From: Candidatus Omnitrophota bacterium
GTDB taxonomy: Bacteria; Omnitrophota; Gorgyraeia; 1-14-0-20-64-10
Direction: 5' to 3'
DNA: 64,000 nt
Assembly: GCA_023248155.1 (NCBI GenBank)
Contig: JAHFFE010000005.1
Coordinates: forward strand, 29,057-93,056
Position 1 is the stretch's first letter; every line of letters starts with the position of its first letter. Below are positions 27,509 through 38,800 of the stretch, in pieces. The position numbers were made by a program, and so were the translations under genes. Below the pieces are notes generated by a model that was not told where the DNA came from, did not search any database, and saw nothing but the letters and a program-made list of their open reading frames with translations.

Positions 27509-28388
27509 TCAGTCGGGATCCATCTTGATGCTGGCTTTGTGGGCCACCGCGCTGTTGGCTTCGATCGGCGTGGCTCAAGCGACCCGCCTTTCTCTGCAGT
27601 ATCGGTGGGTCGATCGTCTGCGTGAGGGAAACCAGGCCCGCTTGCTGGCGGTTTCCGCGTTTCAATTGGCGGCGCACCGTTTAACGACGGCCGATCCGGT
27701 CACGGATAACGCTCAATACGACGCGCCGAAAGAATCGTGGGGGCAATTGTTAAAAAAGCCGCTGCAGCTTTCTTCGGGGACCATTCGCTATCAGATTACC
27801 GATGAACAAGCCAAAATTCCGATCAACGCGGCGCCCGCTGATTATCTGACGCGGCTGCCCGGGTTTTCACAGGCGGCCGTTAACCAGGTAATAACGGACC
27901 GCGCTCTCGGAAAACGGATCACGCATCCGGGGCAGCTGCCTTTACTGCCCGGTTTTGACGCGGATCAGTTAACACCGCTGATGGCGTTGGCAACCGTCTA
28001 TGGCCAAGGTCCGGTCAATCTGAATACGGCATCGTCCGAATCGCTTTCTCTGCTGGGATTTTCCGCCGGATTAATGACCCCGTTGCTGCAATACCGTTTG
28101 GGACCCGATCAGCAGGCAGGAACCGCTGACGACGGGGTTTTTGCCGAGGCCGGCACGGCCGGGGTTGAAACCGCGTTAAAAAGTTTTTTTGGCCAAGGTT
28201 TTTCACTGCCGGAGCCCGACAAACAAATCATGGACGGATTATTCTCGGCGAAACCCCCATTGCTTGGCGTGCGCTCTTCGGTGTATGCTATTGATGCGGA
28301 GGGAGTGACCCGCCGGCGCGCGGTGGTTCGAAAAATTTCAGCGATCGTTGATTCCGGTGGAACCGTGAAAGGATGGCATGAAAACTAA
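27495..28388 (+). CDS. gspK: Minor pseudopilin GspK-like
   Basis: The N-terminus 'SGSILMLALWATALLASIG' is hydrophobic and GspK-like, the protein is about 300 aa, and the gene sits in operon position. The start is placed at the ATG at 27495. Confidence 0.6.
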   Translation: MKRPSQSGSILMLALWATALLASIGVAQATRLSLQYRWVDRLREGNQARLLAVSAFQLAAHRLTTADPVTDNAQYDAPKESWGQLLKKPLQLSSGTIRYQITDEQAKIPINAAPADYLTRLPGFSQAAVNQVITDRALGKRITHPGQLPLLPGFDADQLTPLMALATVYGQGPVNLNTASSESLSLLGFSAGLMTPLLQYRLGPDQQAGTADDGVFAEAGTAGVETALKSFFGQGFSLPEPDKQIMDGLFSAKPPLLGVRSSVYAIDAEGVTRRRAVVRKISAIVDSGGTVKGWHEN

Positions 28389-29856
28389 GCCCGCTGTTTC
28401 CGCGGCAAAAGTGGTTACCACGGTAAGCGTGCACGGCAATTGTTTGAAAGTGCTTCAGGTTGAATTAGCAGGCTCATCCTCCTCGATTGATTTTCCAAAC
28501 GCGGACGCGCTGAAGGTGTTAGGCGTTAAAGCGCTTCGTCTGTCCGAATTAAAAGAACCGGCCATCGCGCAAGCATTGCGAGGCATGGTCGATTCATTGC
28601 CGGTGCGCACGCGGGAATTGGTCGGTCTTTTGCCCGCCAGTGAAATATTAACGCGCTATGTCACACTTCCTTCCCAGCAGACTTCCGAATTATCCGCCAT
28701 GGTTCGTTATCAATTGGACGGCGCGCTTCCGTTTTCCGTGGAAGATTGCGTCCTGTCAATTAAGGTGCTGGAGCAATCGAATGGTTCAACGCGTGTGCTG
28801 GCCGCGGCGGTGCATCGGCCCGTGGTTGAACGGTTAATTCAATTGTGCCAATCGGCCGGCCTGGTATTAACGGAGATTTCCGCCTCAGGGGAGGCCGTCG
28901 GATATTTGCACCGTGCCTGCTGGCCGGCGGGTGTGCCCCGAATCACCGGGGGATGGCTGGCCGCCGAGCTATCGTCGGACGGTTTGGATTTGACTGTTTT
29001 TTCCGGAAATTCGCTGGTCTATATGCGGCAGATTACGCACGCGGTCGATGATGCCGAAGAATTCGTCCGATTGATCAAAGAAACACAGCGCGCTTATGAA
29101 CGGGAGAATGTGGGGCCGTCCGTCCAGTGCGTTACGCTGGGCGGCGCCGCCGTGTGGATGTCCACCTTGCCTCTGGAATCGTTCGAGCGAGAGTTGGGAA
29201 TTCCCGTGCATCGGGTTGATTCGGAAGAACAATCCATTTTAGGCAAATCATTGAAGGGGATTACGCAAGAATTCGGACAATCCATTTCTTTCTCCGATTT
29301 GTTGGGAGCCGCGTGCGGCACCCGCTCCGTCAGTCTCGATTTGCTTCCGCTGGAGAGCCGCCTGGTCCGCGCGCGCGGACTTTTCTTCCAAGAAGTCCAA
29401 AAGACGGCCGCGCTGGGATTACTCTGTTTAACGATCGGTCTGTCGTGGGGCGGCGTTCATCGGGCTGGGCTTTGGTGGCAATTAAAAGAACTGCAGCGGC
29501 AAACCGACAGCATTAAGCCGCGCGCCGCTCGGGTTCAATCGATGGCGGAATCCATTCGAACGCTGGCGGCGGCTCGGGAAGACTATCTATTCCAGCTGGA
29601 ATCGATTCGCCGTGCCACAGACCGGCTCTCTTCGGGCATGACGCTTCAATTTCTGGGATTGGAATCGGGCCGGTCGCTGGTGCTGCGCGGAACGGGGCCG
29701 GAATTATCCGCGGTTACGGCCTACGCCTCTTCGCTGCGTGACAGCGCGTTCTGGTCGGATGTGGCGCTCAATTCGGCAAAAAAACAAACGAGCGGCGATC
29801 GCGTCGAATTTGAATTCACGTTGAAACCTGCCGTGGAACCCCGAAAAAAACAATGA
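28378..29856 (+). CDS. GspL/PilM-PilN-like bitopic assembly protein (actin-like cytoplasmic domain, 1 TM, periplasmic domain)
   Basis: 492 aa with a central TM 'AALGLLCLTIGLSWGGV' and an operon position between gspK and gspM. Confidence 0.6.
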   Translation: MKTKPAVSAAKVVTTVSVHGNCLKVLQVELAGSSSSIDFPNADALKVLGVKALRLSELKEPAIAQALRGMVDSLPVRTRELVGLLPASEILTRYVTLPSQQTSELSAMVRYQLDGALPFSVEDCVLSIKVLEQSNGSTRVLAAAVHRPVVERLIQLCQSAGLVLTEISASGEAVGYLHRACWPAGVPRITGGWLAAELSSDGLDLTVFSGNSLVYMRQITHAVDDAEEFVRLIKETQRAYERENVGPSVQCVTLGGAAVWMSTLPLESFERELGIPVHRVDSEEQSILGKSLKGITQEFGQSISFSDLLGAACGTRSVSLDLLPLESRLVRARGLFFQEVQKTAALGLLCLTIGLSWGGVHRAGLWWQLKELQRQTDSIKPRAARVQSMAESIRTLAAAREDYLFQLESIRRATDRLSSGMTLQFLGLESGRSLVLRGTGPELSAVTAYASSLRDSAFWSDVALNSAKKQTSGDRVEFEFTLKPAVEPRKKQ

Positions 29857-30374
29857 ATAAAACAGCTTCGTTTCTGGGGTTGGCGATTTTCTTCTTCGTT
29901 GGAAGCATGGCGCTGGTTTTTTCCGGACAACGGTTTATGGAGTCCTGGAATCGGGATCTGCGGAGTTTAGAAGCGGGCCAGGAACGGTTGCGCCGCCAGG
30001 AAGGATGGCTGTTAGTTCAGGATGAAGTGAAGAAATGGCATGATCAGGCGTGGGGTAATTCGTCGGGTTTAAGCGGCCAGCGCGCTTATTGGTTTGGGTT
30101 GGAAGGGTTTCAGCAGATGGCGCAGTCCCAGGGTCTTGCCGTCACCGAAATTCGCCCCGCGATTCTTCAAGCCGGATCTAAACAGGAACCCCTCTACCGC
30201 TTGGACGCGAAAGTAACCGGGCCCATGGATAACATGGCTCTTTTGTTGAAACAGCTTCCCGAACGGATTCCCGGTGTTCAGTTGGAAAGCGTTCAGTTCT
30301 CGCCGTTGGAAGAGGGGCAGATTCAGGGGTTAATTCGTCTGATGTTGAGGGGAGATCCGTCCGTTGCCGGATAA
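29853..30374 (+). CDS. GspM/PilO-like bitopic protein
   Basis: 173 aa with an N-terminal TM 'FLGLAIFFFVGSMALVF'. Confidence 0.5.
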   Translation: MNKTASFLGLAIFFFVGSMALVFSGQRFMESWNRDLRSLEAGQERLRRQEGWLLVQDEVKKWHDQAWGNSSGLSGQRAYWFGLEGFQQMAQSQGLAVTEIRPAILQAGSKQEPLYRLDAKVTGPMDNMALLLKQLPERIPGVQLESVQFSPLEEGQIQGLIRLMLRGDPSVAG

Positions 30375-30867
30375 ATCAGCGGCTGATCTGTTATCGATTC
30401 AGCAGCTGGAAGATAATCGCCGCACCTTAAGCCGTGTCCGCGTGTTATTCTGGATTCTGCTGCCTATTTTGCTGGCAGCAGCTGTTTTGGAATCGTTCGT
30501 CTGGATGAAATCAATTCGCCGAAAACCGGAACCGCTGGCTCCCTCGATCGATGATTTAAAGAAGCCGCTGCCTGAAATCCCGGCACTGGTATTGTCGTCC
30601 GCTTTGTTTGAAATCAAGAAAACGGCTGTACCGGTCAAGCCGCCGGTTGAAACGGCTCCGATGCAGGTGGCTACCGAGCAGGTCCAATGGAAATTGCGCG
30701 GAGTGATCATGGCCGGGAATAAGCGGGCCTCCTTAGAAGATCCGAAAACGCAGCAAACGGTTTGGGTTTCCGAGGGTGACCGCGTCGGAAATTTTGTCGT
30801 GAAGAAAATTGATTCCAACGCTGTCTTGCTTGAACTGGAAGGGAAGGATTATGAAATCCGAATCTAG
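30364..30867 (+). CDS. GspC/PilP-like protein
   Basis: 167 aa with an N-terminal TM. The C-terminal beta-rich segment 'TVWVSEGDRVGNFVVKKIDSNAVLLELEGKDYEIRI' is PilP/GspC-HR-like. Confidence 0.5.
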   Translation: MPDKSAADLLSIQQLEDNRRTLSRVRVLFWILLPILLAAAVLESFVWMKSIRRKPEPLAPSIDDLKKPLPEIPALVLSSALFEIKKTAVPVKPPVETAPMQVATEQVQWKLRGVIMAGNKRASLEDPKTQQTVWVSEGDRVGNFVVKKIDSNAVLLELEGKDYEIRI

Positions 30868-32653
30868 ATTAAGCAGGGCGCGCCGATTTACTGCCATCGG
30901 GCTGGCCGTTTCCCTGGTTCTGCTCCTGACCGGCGATTCTTTTTCGGAAGAAACAAAAAAAATTACCATGAATTTTCAGGGGTTGGATATTGTCGAGGTC
31001 TTGAAGATTTTGGCCGAGCAATCCGGGTTTAATTTGGTGGCCGGCAAGAATGTCAGCGGCCGCGCGACCCTTTTCTTGAAGGATGTCGATCCATGGGAGG
31101 CGCTCGAGGTTGTTGTGGCTGCCAACGAGTTGGCCTATGAAAAGAGAGGCGATATTTTGACGGTAATGAGCCAGCGGGACTACGAGCTGATCCACGGTCA
31201 GCCGTATCAGGATCGCCGGGCGGTCCGCTCTTTCGCGCCCCGCTATGCGAAAGCGGCCGATGTCAGCCGGGCCTTGGCTCAAATGAAATCGAATGTCGGC
31301 CGAGTGATCGCTGATGAAGCAACCAACACGCTGATCCTCATGGATACGCCGGACCTGGTCGAGCAGATGCTGAAGATTTCACAGCAGATGGACCAGCCCG
31401 TCGAGACGCGCGTGGTATCCCTTAATAATGCGCCGGTGAAGGGTCTTCTTCCATCGATACAGGAGTCCCTCACCAAAGGGGTTGGCCGGTTGTCGGCCGA
31501 TGAACGCAGTAATCAGCTGGCGATCACCGATTACCCGGCGCGCCTCAATGAAATCGTTCGGATGGTGAAGGCTTTCGATGAGCGATCCAGCGAAGTCCTC
31601 ATCGACGCCAAGATCGTTCAAGTCACTCTCTCCGATAAATTGCAGTTGGGGATCGACTGGCAGACTTTCATCAGCAAGCAGCTTCAGCTCCAGGGGGCTA
31701 CCGCGCTGAATTTAACCACGGGCGCCATTGCCACCTTCAACGCGTTGGATGGAGCTCAAACCGGTTCTGCCAAGGTGGTGATCGAAGCGCTGCGTACTTT
31801 CGGAAACACCCGCATTTTGTCCGAGCCCCGGCTGCTGGTGGTCAACAACCAGGAATCTAAAATTCTGGTTGGTTCCAAAGAACCGTATGTAACCACCCAG
31901 ATTTCGCAGACCGGAACCGGCACTTCCGTTACCTCGGAGACGGTCAACTTTATTGATGTAGGTGTTAAATTATTCGTGACGCCGACCATTACGCGGGATG
32001 GTTTTGTGCTGATGAAGATTCGCCCGGAAGTTAGTTCGAGAACAGGAACCTTAACGACCTCAGAGAAAAACGAGATACCGATTGTTGAAACGGCTGAAGC
32101 CGAGACCGTTTTATTGGTGCAGGACGGTGGAACCGTAATTTTGGGCGGATTGATTAAAGATGAAGAATTGCTGGACGAACAGCGGATCCCATTCCTGGGG
32201 GATCTCCCTGTTCTGGGTATCCCGTTTCGTTCCCATAGCAAGACCGTTAAGCGGACTGAACTAATCGTTCTTTTGACTCCGCGCATCGTCACCGGGCAAC
32301 GAGGAGAAACTTTTTTCGCCACGCCCGAGGCGCAAGATAAAGCTCAAGCCCCCCAGCTTTTCACATCCGGCCCTGAAACAGAAGAACTCTACGCACGGAC
32401 ACTGGAAGAGGGAATTCAGCGAGTGTCCCGGGTGCAGTCTTTGCTGGGCGCGAAGAAAGGAACGGTTCAGATGAAAGTGACGCTCTTCCCGGATGGGCGC
32501 ATCCAGGGGTTTCCCGAGGTACTCTCTTCCGATGACCCCAGCTTGATCGAGCTGGCTAAAACAGCTATTTTGGCTGCCGCCCCGTTCCCGGCGTTTCCCT
32601 CTGATTTGGAGCAGATTCCAAAGACATTCACAGTTCCCGTGCAGTACGAATAA
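30851..32653 (+). CDS. gspD: Secretin GspD with an unusual C-terminal TonB_C-like domain
   Basis: It has a signal peptide, N0-like and secretin_N domains, and a secretin core ('NNQESKILVGSKEPYV...FIDVGVKLFVTPTITRDGFVLMKIRPEVS'). The C-terminus 'GTVQMKVTLFPDGRIQGF...PFPAFP...FTVPVQYE' is TonB/TolA-C-like. The start is placed at the ATG at 30851. Confidence 0.85.
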   Translation: MKSESRLSRARRFTAIGLAVSLVLLLTGDSFSEETKKITMNFQGLDIVEVLKILAEQSGFNLVAGKNVSGRATLFLKDVDPWEALEVVVAANELAYEKRGDILTVMSQRDYELIHGQPYQDRRAVRSFAPRYAKAADVSRALAQMKSNVGRVIADEATNTLILMDTPDLVEQMLKISQQMDQPVETRVVSLNNAPVKGLLPSIQESLTKGVGRLSADERSNQLAITDYPARLNEIVRMVKAFDERSSEVLIDAKIVQVTLSDKLQLGIDWQTFISKQLQLQGATALNLTTGAIATFNALDGAQTGSAKVVIEALRTFGNTRILSEPRLLVVNNQESKILVGSKEPYVTTQISQTGTGTSVTSETVNFIDVGVKLFVTPTITRDGFVLMKIRPEVSSRTGTLTTSEKNEIPIVETAEAETVLLVQDGGTVILGGLIKDEELLDEQRIPFLGDLPVLGIPFRSHSKTVKRTELIVLLTPRIVTGQRGETFFATPEAQDKAQAPQLFTSGPETEELYARTLEEGIQRVSRVQSLLGAKKGTVQMKVTLFPDGRIQGFPEVLSSDDPSLIELAKTAILAAAPFPAFPSDLEQIPKTFTVPVQYE

Positions 32654-32745
32654 TCTTTCCACACCCTTGATTTCCGGGTTATTTTCAGCCAAACTTCCTT
32701 TGTAAGTTGATGCGCAGATTCACAAACTGAAAAAAGCACACTTCA
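32646..32745 (+). promoter_or_regulatory. Conserved ~100-bp upstream cassette, copy A, preceding S8 protease 1
   Basis: 'acgaataatctt...cccttgattt..ggg.t.ttt.agc...gttgta...gatgcRcAgATTCACAAACTGAAAAA.GCACACTTC' aligns in register with copy B. Confidence 0.55.
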
Positions 32746-32845
32746 ACCGCTTCTGGTTCTCCCAATAGGGGGAATGGGAAGCGATTTTTATGGGGACTAT
32801 ATTGAGCGATTGCTTTAGTTTTTGATCGAAAGCCTGGGGTGCCTG

Positions 32846-35800
32846 ATGGTAATTCTGAAATTTGGCATATCAAAAAATTGGAACAGACTGATCTCCGTTG
32901 CTTTGATCTTTTCTGTCTGTTTCTCGCCCGCATCTCCGGGTGCCGCCGAGGAAAACAAAAGGGGATCATTCTCAGAGAAAACTCCAGCTGCTGTTACTAA
33001 AATTAACGATCAGGGCGATGTAGAGACCAAAGATTCGGCGGATTCTGATGGAAACGACGCATTCCTGCCGGATGAGCTCATTATTAAATTAAAAGACGGT
33101 AAGACACCGAATGATATTGAAGACCTCAATAAGCAGTATGGAGTCATCTCGAATACCAAGCTCTTTGGCGAGAACGCCTCTCCGGAAGACCACTTAAAGG
33201 ATCTCAGGAAAAAATTACAGGAAAAAGAAACTACTCATGAGTCCTGGTATTGGCAGATTGACAAAAATTCCGAAGAATACAAGGAGTATGTGGCCAGGCT
33301 TGAGAAAGAAAAAGAAGAGCTTAAAGAGAGAATCCAGCATTTTGAGCAGAGACTTAAAAGAGCTTCTGGCTATCAGGAAGCCGCCAGAGCTCTCGAGAAT
33401 ATTTACAAATTAAACTTTGCCCAATCCGCAGATATTCCAAGCATCGTTAAAATCTATTCTGCTAATCCTGCGGTAGCCTATGCCGAACCCAACTACAAAG
33501 TAAGCACGAACCAGATTCCCAATGATCCTCGATATCCCGAACAATGGGGTCCTGACAAGATCCAGGCACCGCTTGCCTGGGATGTCACCACAGGTTCCAG
33601 TCAAGTAATCGTTGCTGTTATTGATACGGGAGTAGACTACAACCATCCGGATTTGTCTGCCAATATCTGGAGCGACCCAATCACCGGACAGCATGGATAT
33701 GATTTCTTCAATAAGGACAACGATCCGATGGACGACAACGGTCATGGTACCCACTGCTCCGGCATTGCCAATGCGGTGACCAACAACAGCGTTGGTATTG
33801 CCGGTATCTCCTGGAACTCCAGGATTATGGCAGTTAAATTTCTGAGTGCTTCAGGGTCTGGAAGTATTGACGACGGTGCCTCAGCCATCCGCTGGGCCGC
33901 CGATCACGGCGCCGATGTTCTTTCCAACAGTTGGGGTGGCGGCGGCTATTCCGAAACCGTTAATCTTGCGATTGAGTACGCTCATTCTTTGGGCTGTGTA
34001 GTTGTGGCTGCCGCTGGAAATGATAACACCAATCAGATTTTTTATCCGGCCGGCTATGAGCATGTCATCTCCGTTTCGGCAACCGATCAGAATGATGTCA
34101 AAGCCTATTTCTCCAATTATGGATATTGGGTGGATGTAGCCGCTCCCGGCGTTTCAATTCTATCGACGGTACCTTCTTCGAGCGTGTCGTTGGGGGATCC
34201 TTCAGGGTATAAGCTTCTCAACGGTACTTCGATGGCGTGTCCGCATGTAAGCGGTCTTGCTGCTCTTATTGTTGGGAGCCATCCCGAATTTTCTGATGCA
34301 GATGTATTGAGTGTGTTGAAAGCGACAGCGGATGATATTTTGTCTGCAAATACATCTTATATTGGGCAGGGCAGGATCAATTGCCGCAAAGCGTTGCAAG
34401 TCACTAAACCACCCCCCACGGGAGCGCTTGTCACGGAAGGAGTTTTGTCCGGCAAACGAGTGATACGGGGGATAGCCGGCGGGAGCGATTTCACTGGATA
34501 CTCTCTTTATTATGCCCCAGGACGGGACGCCGTCTCAAGCAGCTGGACGCTCATTGCCCATGCCACAGGTGCTGTTCAGGATGATTTTTCAACACCTCAA
34601 AAAAACGACGGTATCTTATATGCTGATTTTGACACCACTCGGTTAAGCGATGGAAACTACACGCTGAGACTGGTAGTGGAAGGACAAAATAACCTGAATG
34701 TGGAGTACAGAACCAATATTCAATCGAAGAACATCACGGTAGCATTCCCATTGAATAACGACATTCTGAAAAAAGGAGAAACATTTACCATCCGTGGAGG
34801 TATCCTCGGATCATTCTTGGATTATTCCATTGAATATGGTGAAGGTAATAGTCCGACAGTCTGGAAAACGGCAGGAATAACGCTGCTTCATCAGGGGTTG
34901 GGTGAAAATTACGATGGTAATCTTGCGTCCTGGGATACCTCTGTGCTAACCCCCGTCGCTTACGGGCCAGGAAATTTCTACACATTAAGGATCACTGTCA
35001 GAAGGTCATTTGGCGTTATGACGAGTTTTGTTCGTATGGTTTATTTGGACGATAAACTCAAGAGAGGTTGGCCGCAATATATTCCGGAGATAACTGATTA
35101 CATGCCGATTGTGACTGCCGATTTGGATCATGATGGCAGGAAGGAGATTATTATAGTTCAACCGCCTGGTCTGCCGGGTAATCCGACATTACTTTTTGTC
35201 TATAATACTGACGGTTCCTTGCGGTGGTCAAGGCGGTTCAACAAGGATTACAGCGACGGCCAATTCGCTATTCCAGTGGTTGGAGATATGGATGGTGATG
35301 GTTTGCAGGAGATTTTCTTAGCCACACGAAGCGATTCGGATGTTTTTGGCAGTGAAATCCAGGCGATCCGATCAGATGGGTCGGATTTTGGTCACGGATG
35401 GCCTGTTTTTGTGCCCTCTGGCGGCTGTTCCATGCTTGTGAGTGATTTGGACAGGGATGGAAATGTCGAGCTCGTTGTCCGAACGGCCTATCCAACTTAT
35501 GATATAGGAATAGGCGCTCAGTACGTTACCAGCCTGTATATTATCAATAGGCAAGGCCAAATTGGTGTATCAGTTCCTATGCCTTTTGATCATAACCCTG
35601 CAGATCCGCCCAACTTTTCCCATCCCCAGTTTTTGGCTATCGGTAATTTTGATGACGATCCACAAATGGAGATTGTCACGCATTGCCAGGGAGTGAAGAT
35701 CGCTGTTTTTAATATGGACGGATCCATGTTGCCCGGTTGGCCGGTTCGGGTGGGGGAGGCTTTATGGGGGCCTCCCGTCGTGGGTGATGTTGACCGCGAT

Positions 35801-38800
35801 GGCTACGATAACATTGTAGTCGGAACTTTCTTGTGGGATACCTCCGCAGGGGGCCTTTTCGTGCTGGATAAAGACGGCCATACTTTGCCTGGATGGCCTG
35901 TGCTGGCAGATGGCAGTTTTTATACATCTCCCGCTTTGGGAGATTTGGATGGAAATGGATATCTTGAGATTTGTATAAGCCTTGGAAAATGGACATATCT
36001 TTTTGACTATCGCGGGAATAGGTTGCCCGGATGGCCGCGAGAAACCAACGATTATTCCAATTTTTTTAATTCCAATCTTCTTGGGGATGTTAACGGAGAC
36101 GGGAAGGTCGATGTGGTGGCTCGGGCAGGAGGATTTCGATCCGCTGTTGTTCGAACAGGGGATACTTCCACCAGCGGCGGCATTTACGCGTGGAATCTGG
36201 ATGGATCACCCATTGATTTGAATCCTTACTCGAGTAATGTGAATCTTTTTACCGAGTCTTTTTTAGTGGCGTTTGTGGGCACATTCGCGGAGGTGCCTGG
36301 AATTCTTGATGATATTGATAATGACGGAAAAATTGATCTCATCGCCGCTTCAAGAGTCGATATAAAGTGGGTGTCCGATGAAGAGCGAATGGCCGGTGCG
36401 GCTGCTGAGTACAAAAAAAGAGGTTCTATTTACGTATGGAGCCTGGACGCGGCGTATAACGCATCTAAAACTCCCTGGCCTATGTTCCAACATGACAATG
36501 CATGCACTGGCCGTGATCTAGCCGACAAGGATCTGTCGAAACATCCCGACGATCTTGCTCCTCCGAATGTTTTCATGACTGCGCCGGCCCATGATGCGAT
36601 TATTGCCGGAACGATAGAAGTTTCGGCCGAGGCATCTGATAATGTCGGTGTCTCTGGAGTTCAATTTCAGCTGGACGGAGTAAACCTGGGAGACGAAGAC
36701 ACGGAGGCTCCTTATTCGACGGTTTGGGATACGTCAACTTCTGATGCCGGTTATCATACGCTGGGTGCGGTTGCCAGAGACAGTGCCGGCAACAGTGCCG
36801 CATCCATCCTGATCGCGGTAACGGTTAACAGCGTGCCGGTTCTGAACCCCGTTGCGGATCAGGCGGTGCGGGAGATGGATCGGTTAGAGTTTACGTTATC
36901 GGGTACCGATGACGATGGCGATGCTTTAACCTATTCCGCTGATAATCTTCCGGCCGGTGCCAGCTTTAATCCGACCAGTGGTCTTTTTGCATGGACTCCT
37001 GATTATACGCAGGAGGGAGCTTACTCGGTGTACTTTACGGTGAATGATGGGGTGGATGTATCGAATACTCAAACAGTTAATATCACCGTAGAGAATGTTA
37101 ATCGCTTGCCAGTGCTAAACGCGATCCCGGCGCAAACGGTGGATGAAGGAAGTCCGATCTCTGTGACGCTGAGCGGTTCGGATTTGGACGGAGAATCGCT
37201 GACGTACTCCTCTGGAAATCTTCCGACCGGCGCTGTCTTGAACGCCTCTACGGGTTTGTTTGAGTGGACGCCTGACTATACGCAGTCGGGGTCTTATTCG
37301 GTGAGCTTCACGGTGAGTGATGGGACAGCGGTATCGGATACTCAGACAATGAACATCACCGTGCAGAATGTGAATCGCTCTCCAGTGTTGAATGCGATTC
37401 CCGCACAAACGGTGGATGAAGGAAGTCCGATCTCTATTACGCTGAGTGCTTCTGATTTGGACGGAGAATCACTGACGTACTCCTCCGCAAATTTACCGAC
37501 TGGCGCTGTTTTGAATGCCACGACCGGTTTGTTTGAGTGGACGCCTGATTATACGCAGTCGGGGTCGTATTCGGTAAGTTTCACCGCCAGTGATGGGACG
37601 GCGGTATCGGATACTCAGACAGTTGATATCACCGTAGGGAATGTCAACCGTTCTCCCGTGTTGAACGCGATTCCGGCGCAAACGGTTGATGAAGGGAGCC
37701 CGCTCTCGGTAACGCTGAGCGCTTTGGATGCTGATGGCGAATCGCTGACGTACTCCTCTGGAAATCTTCCGGCCGGCGCTGTTTTGAATGCCACTACCGG
37801 TTTGTTTGAATGGATGCCCGACTACACGCAGTCGGGGTCTTATTCAGTGGACTTCACCGCCAGTGATGGAACAGTGGTGACGGGTGCTCAAACAATAAAC
37901 ATCACGGTGCAGAATGTGAATCGTTCACCGGTGTTGAACGCGATTCCTGCGCGAACGGTGGATGAAGGAAGCCCGATCTCTGTGACGCTGAGCGCTTCGG
38001 ATTTGGACGGAGAATCGCTGACTTACTCCTCTGGAAATCTTCCGGCCGGCGCTGTTTTGAATGCCACTACCGGTTTGTTTGAATGGATGCCCGACTACAC
38101 GCAGTCGGGGTCTTATTCAGTGAGTTTCACGGCCAGTGATGGGACGGCGGTATCGGATACTCAGACAGTTGATATCACCGTAGGGAATGTCAACCGTTCA
38201 CCGGTGTTGAACACGATCCCTGCTCAAACAGTGCCGGAAGGGAATCCTTTGGAATTTGTATTCTCAGGGACTGATCCGGACGGAGACGCGTTGACTTATT
38301 CGGTGGGTTCCTTGCCGGTTGGCGCGGTCTGGGATGCTTCTACGCACACCCTTCGTTGGACTCCGACTTATACGCAGTCAGGGCCTTATTCGATAACTTG
38401 TACTGTTTCGGATGGGTCATTGAATGCTTCTGGAACGATGAGTATTACGGTACAGAATGTGAACCGTTCACCGGTGCTTAGCGCGATCCCGGCAAAGACG
38501 GTCGATGAAGGCAGCCCGATCTCTGTCACGCTGAGCGCTTCAGATCCAGACGGAGAATCTCTGACGTACTCCTCCGCAAATTTACCGACCGGCGCTGTGT
38601 TGAATGCCTCTACGGGTTTGTTTGAGTGGACGCCGGGGTATACCCAGGGAGGTCCGGGTTTGGGCACTCCGTATACGATCCAGCTGACGGCCAGCGATGG
38701 CCAGCTGTCTGACACCAAGAGTTTTTCTGTTAACGTCAAAAATAAGAACGGTCCGCCGGAGCTGGCCTTGATCGGGAAGAAAACGATTAACGAGAACGAG

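Noticed and set aside
32717-32760. A sigma-54 (-24/-12) promoter reading of 'aGCACacttcaaccGCTT' / 'GGCACacttcgggg' within the conserved upstream cassette.
   Set aside because: The GG-N10-GC spacing and the TTGC element do not fit the TGGCAC-N5-TTGCW consensus.
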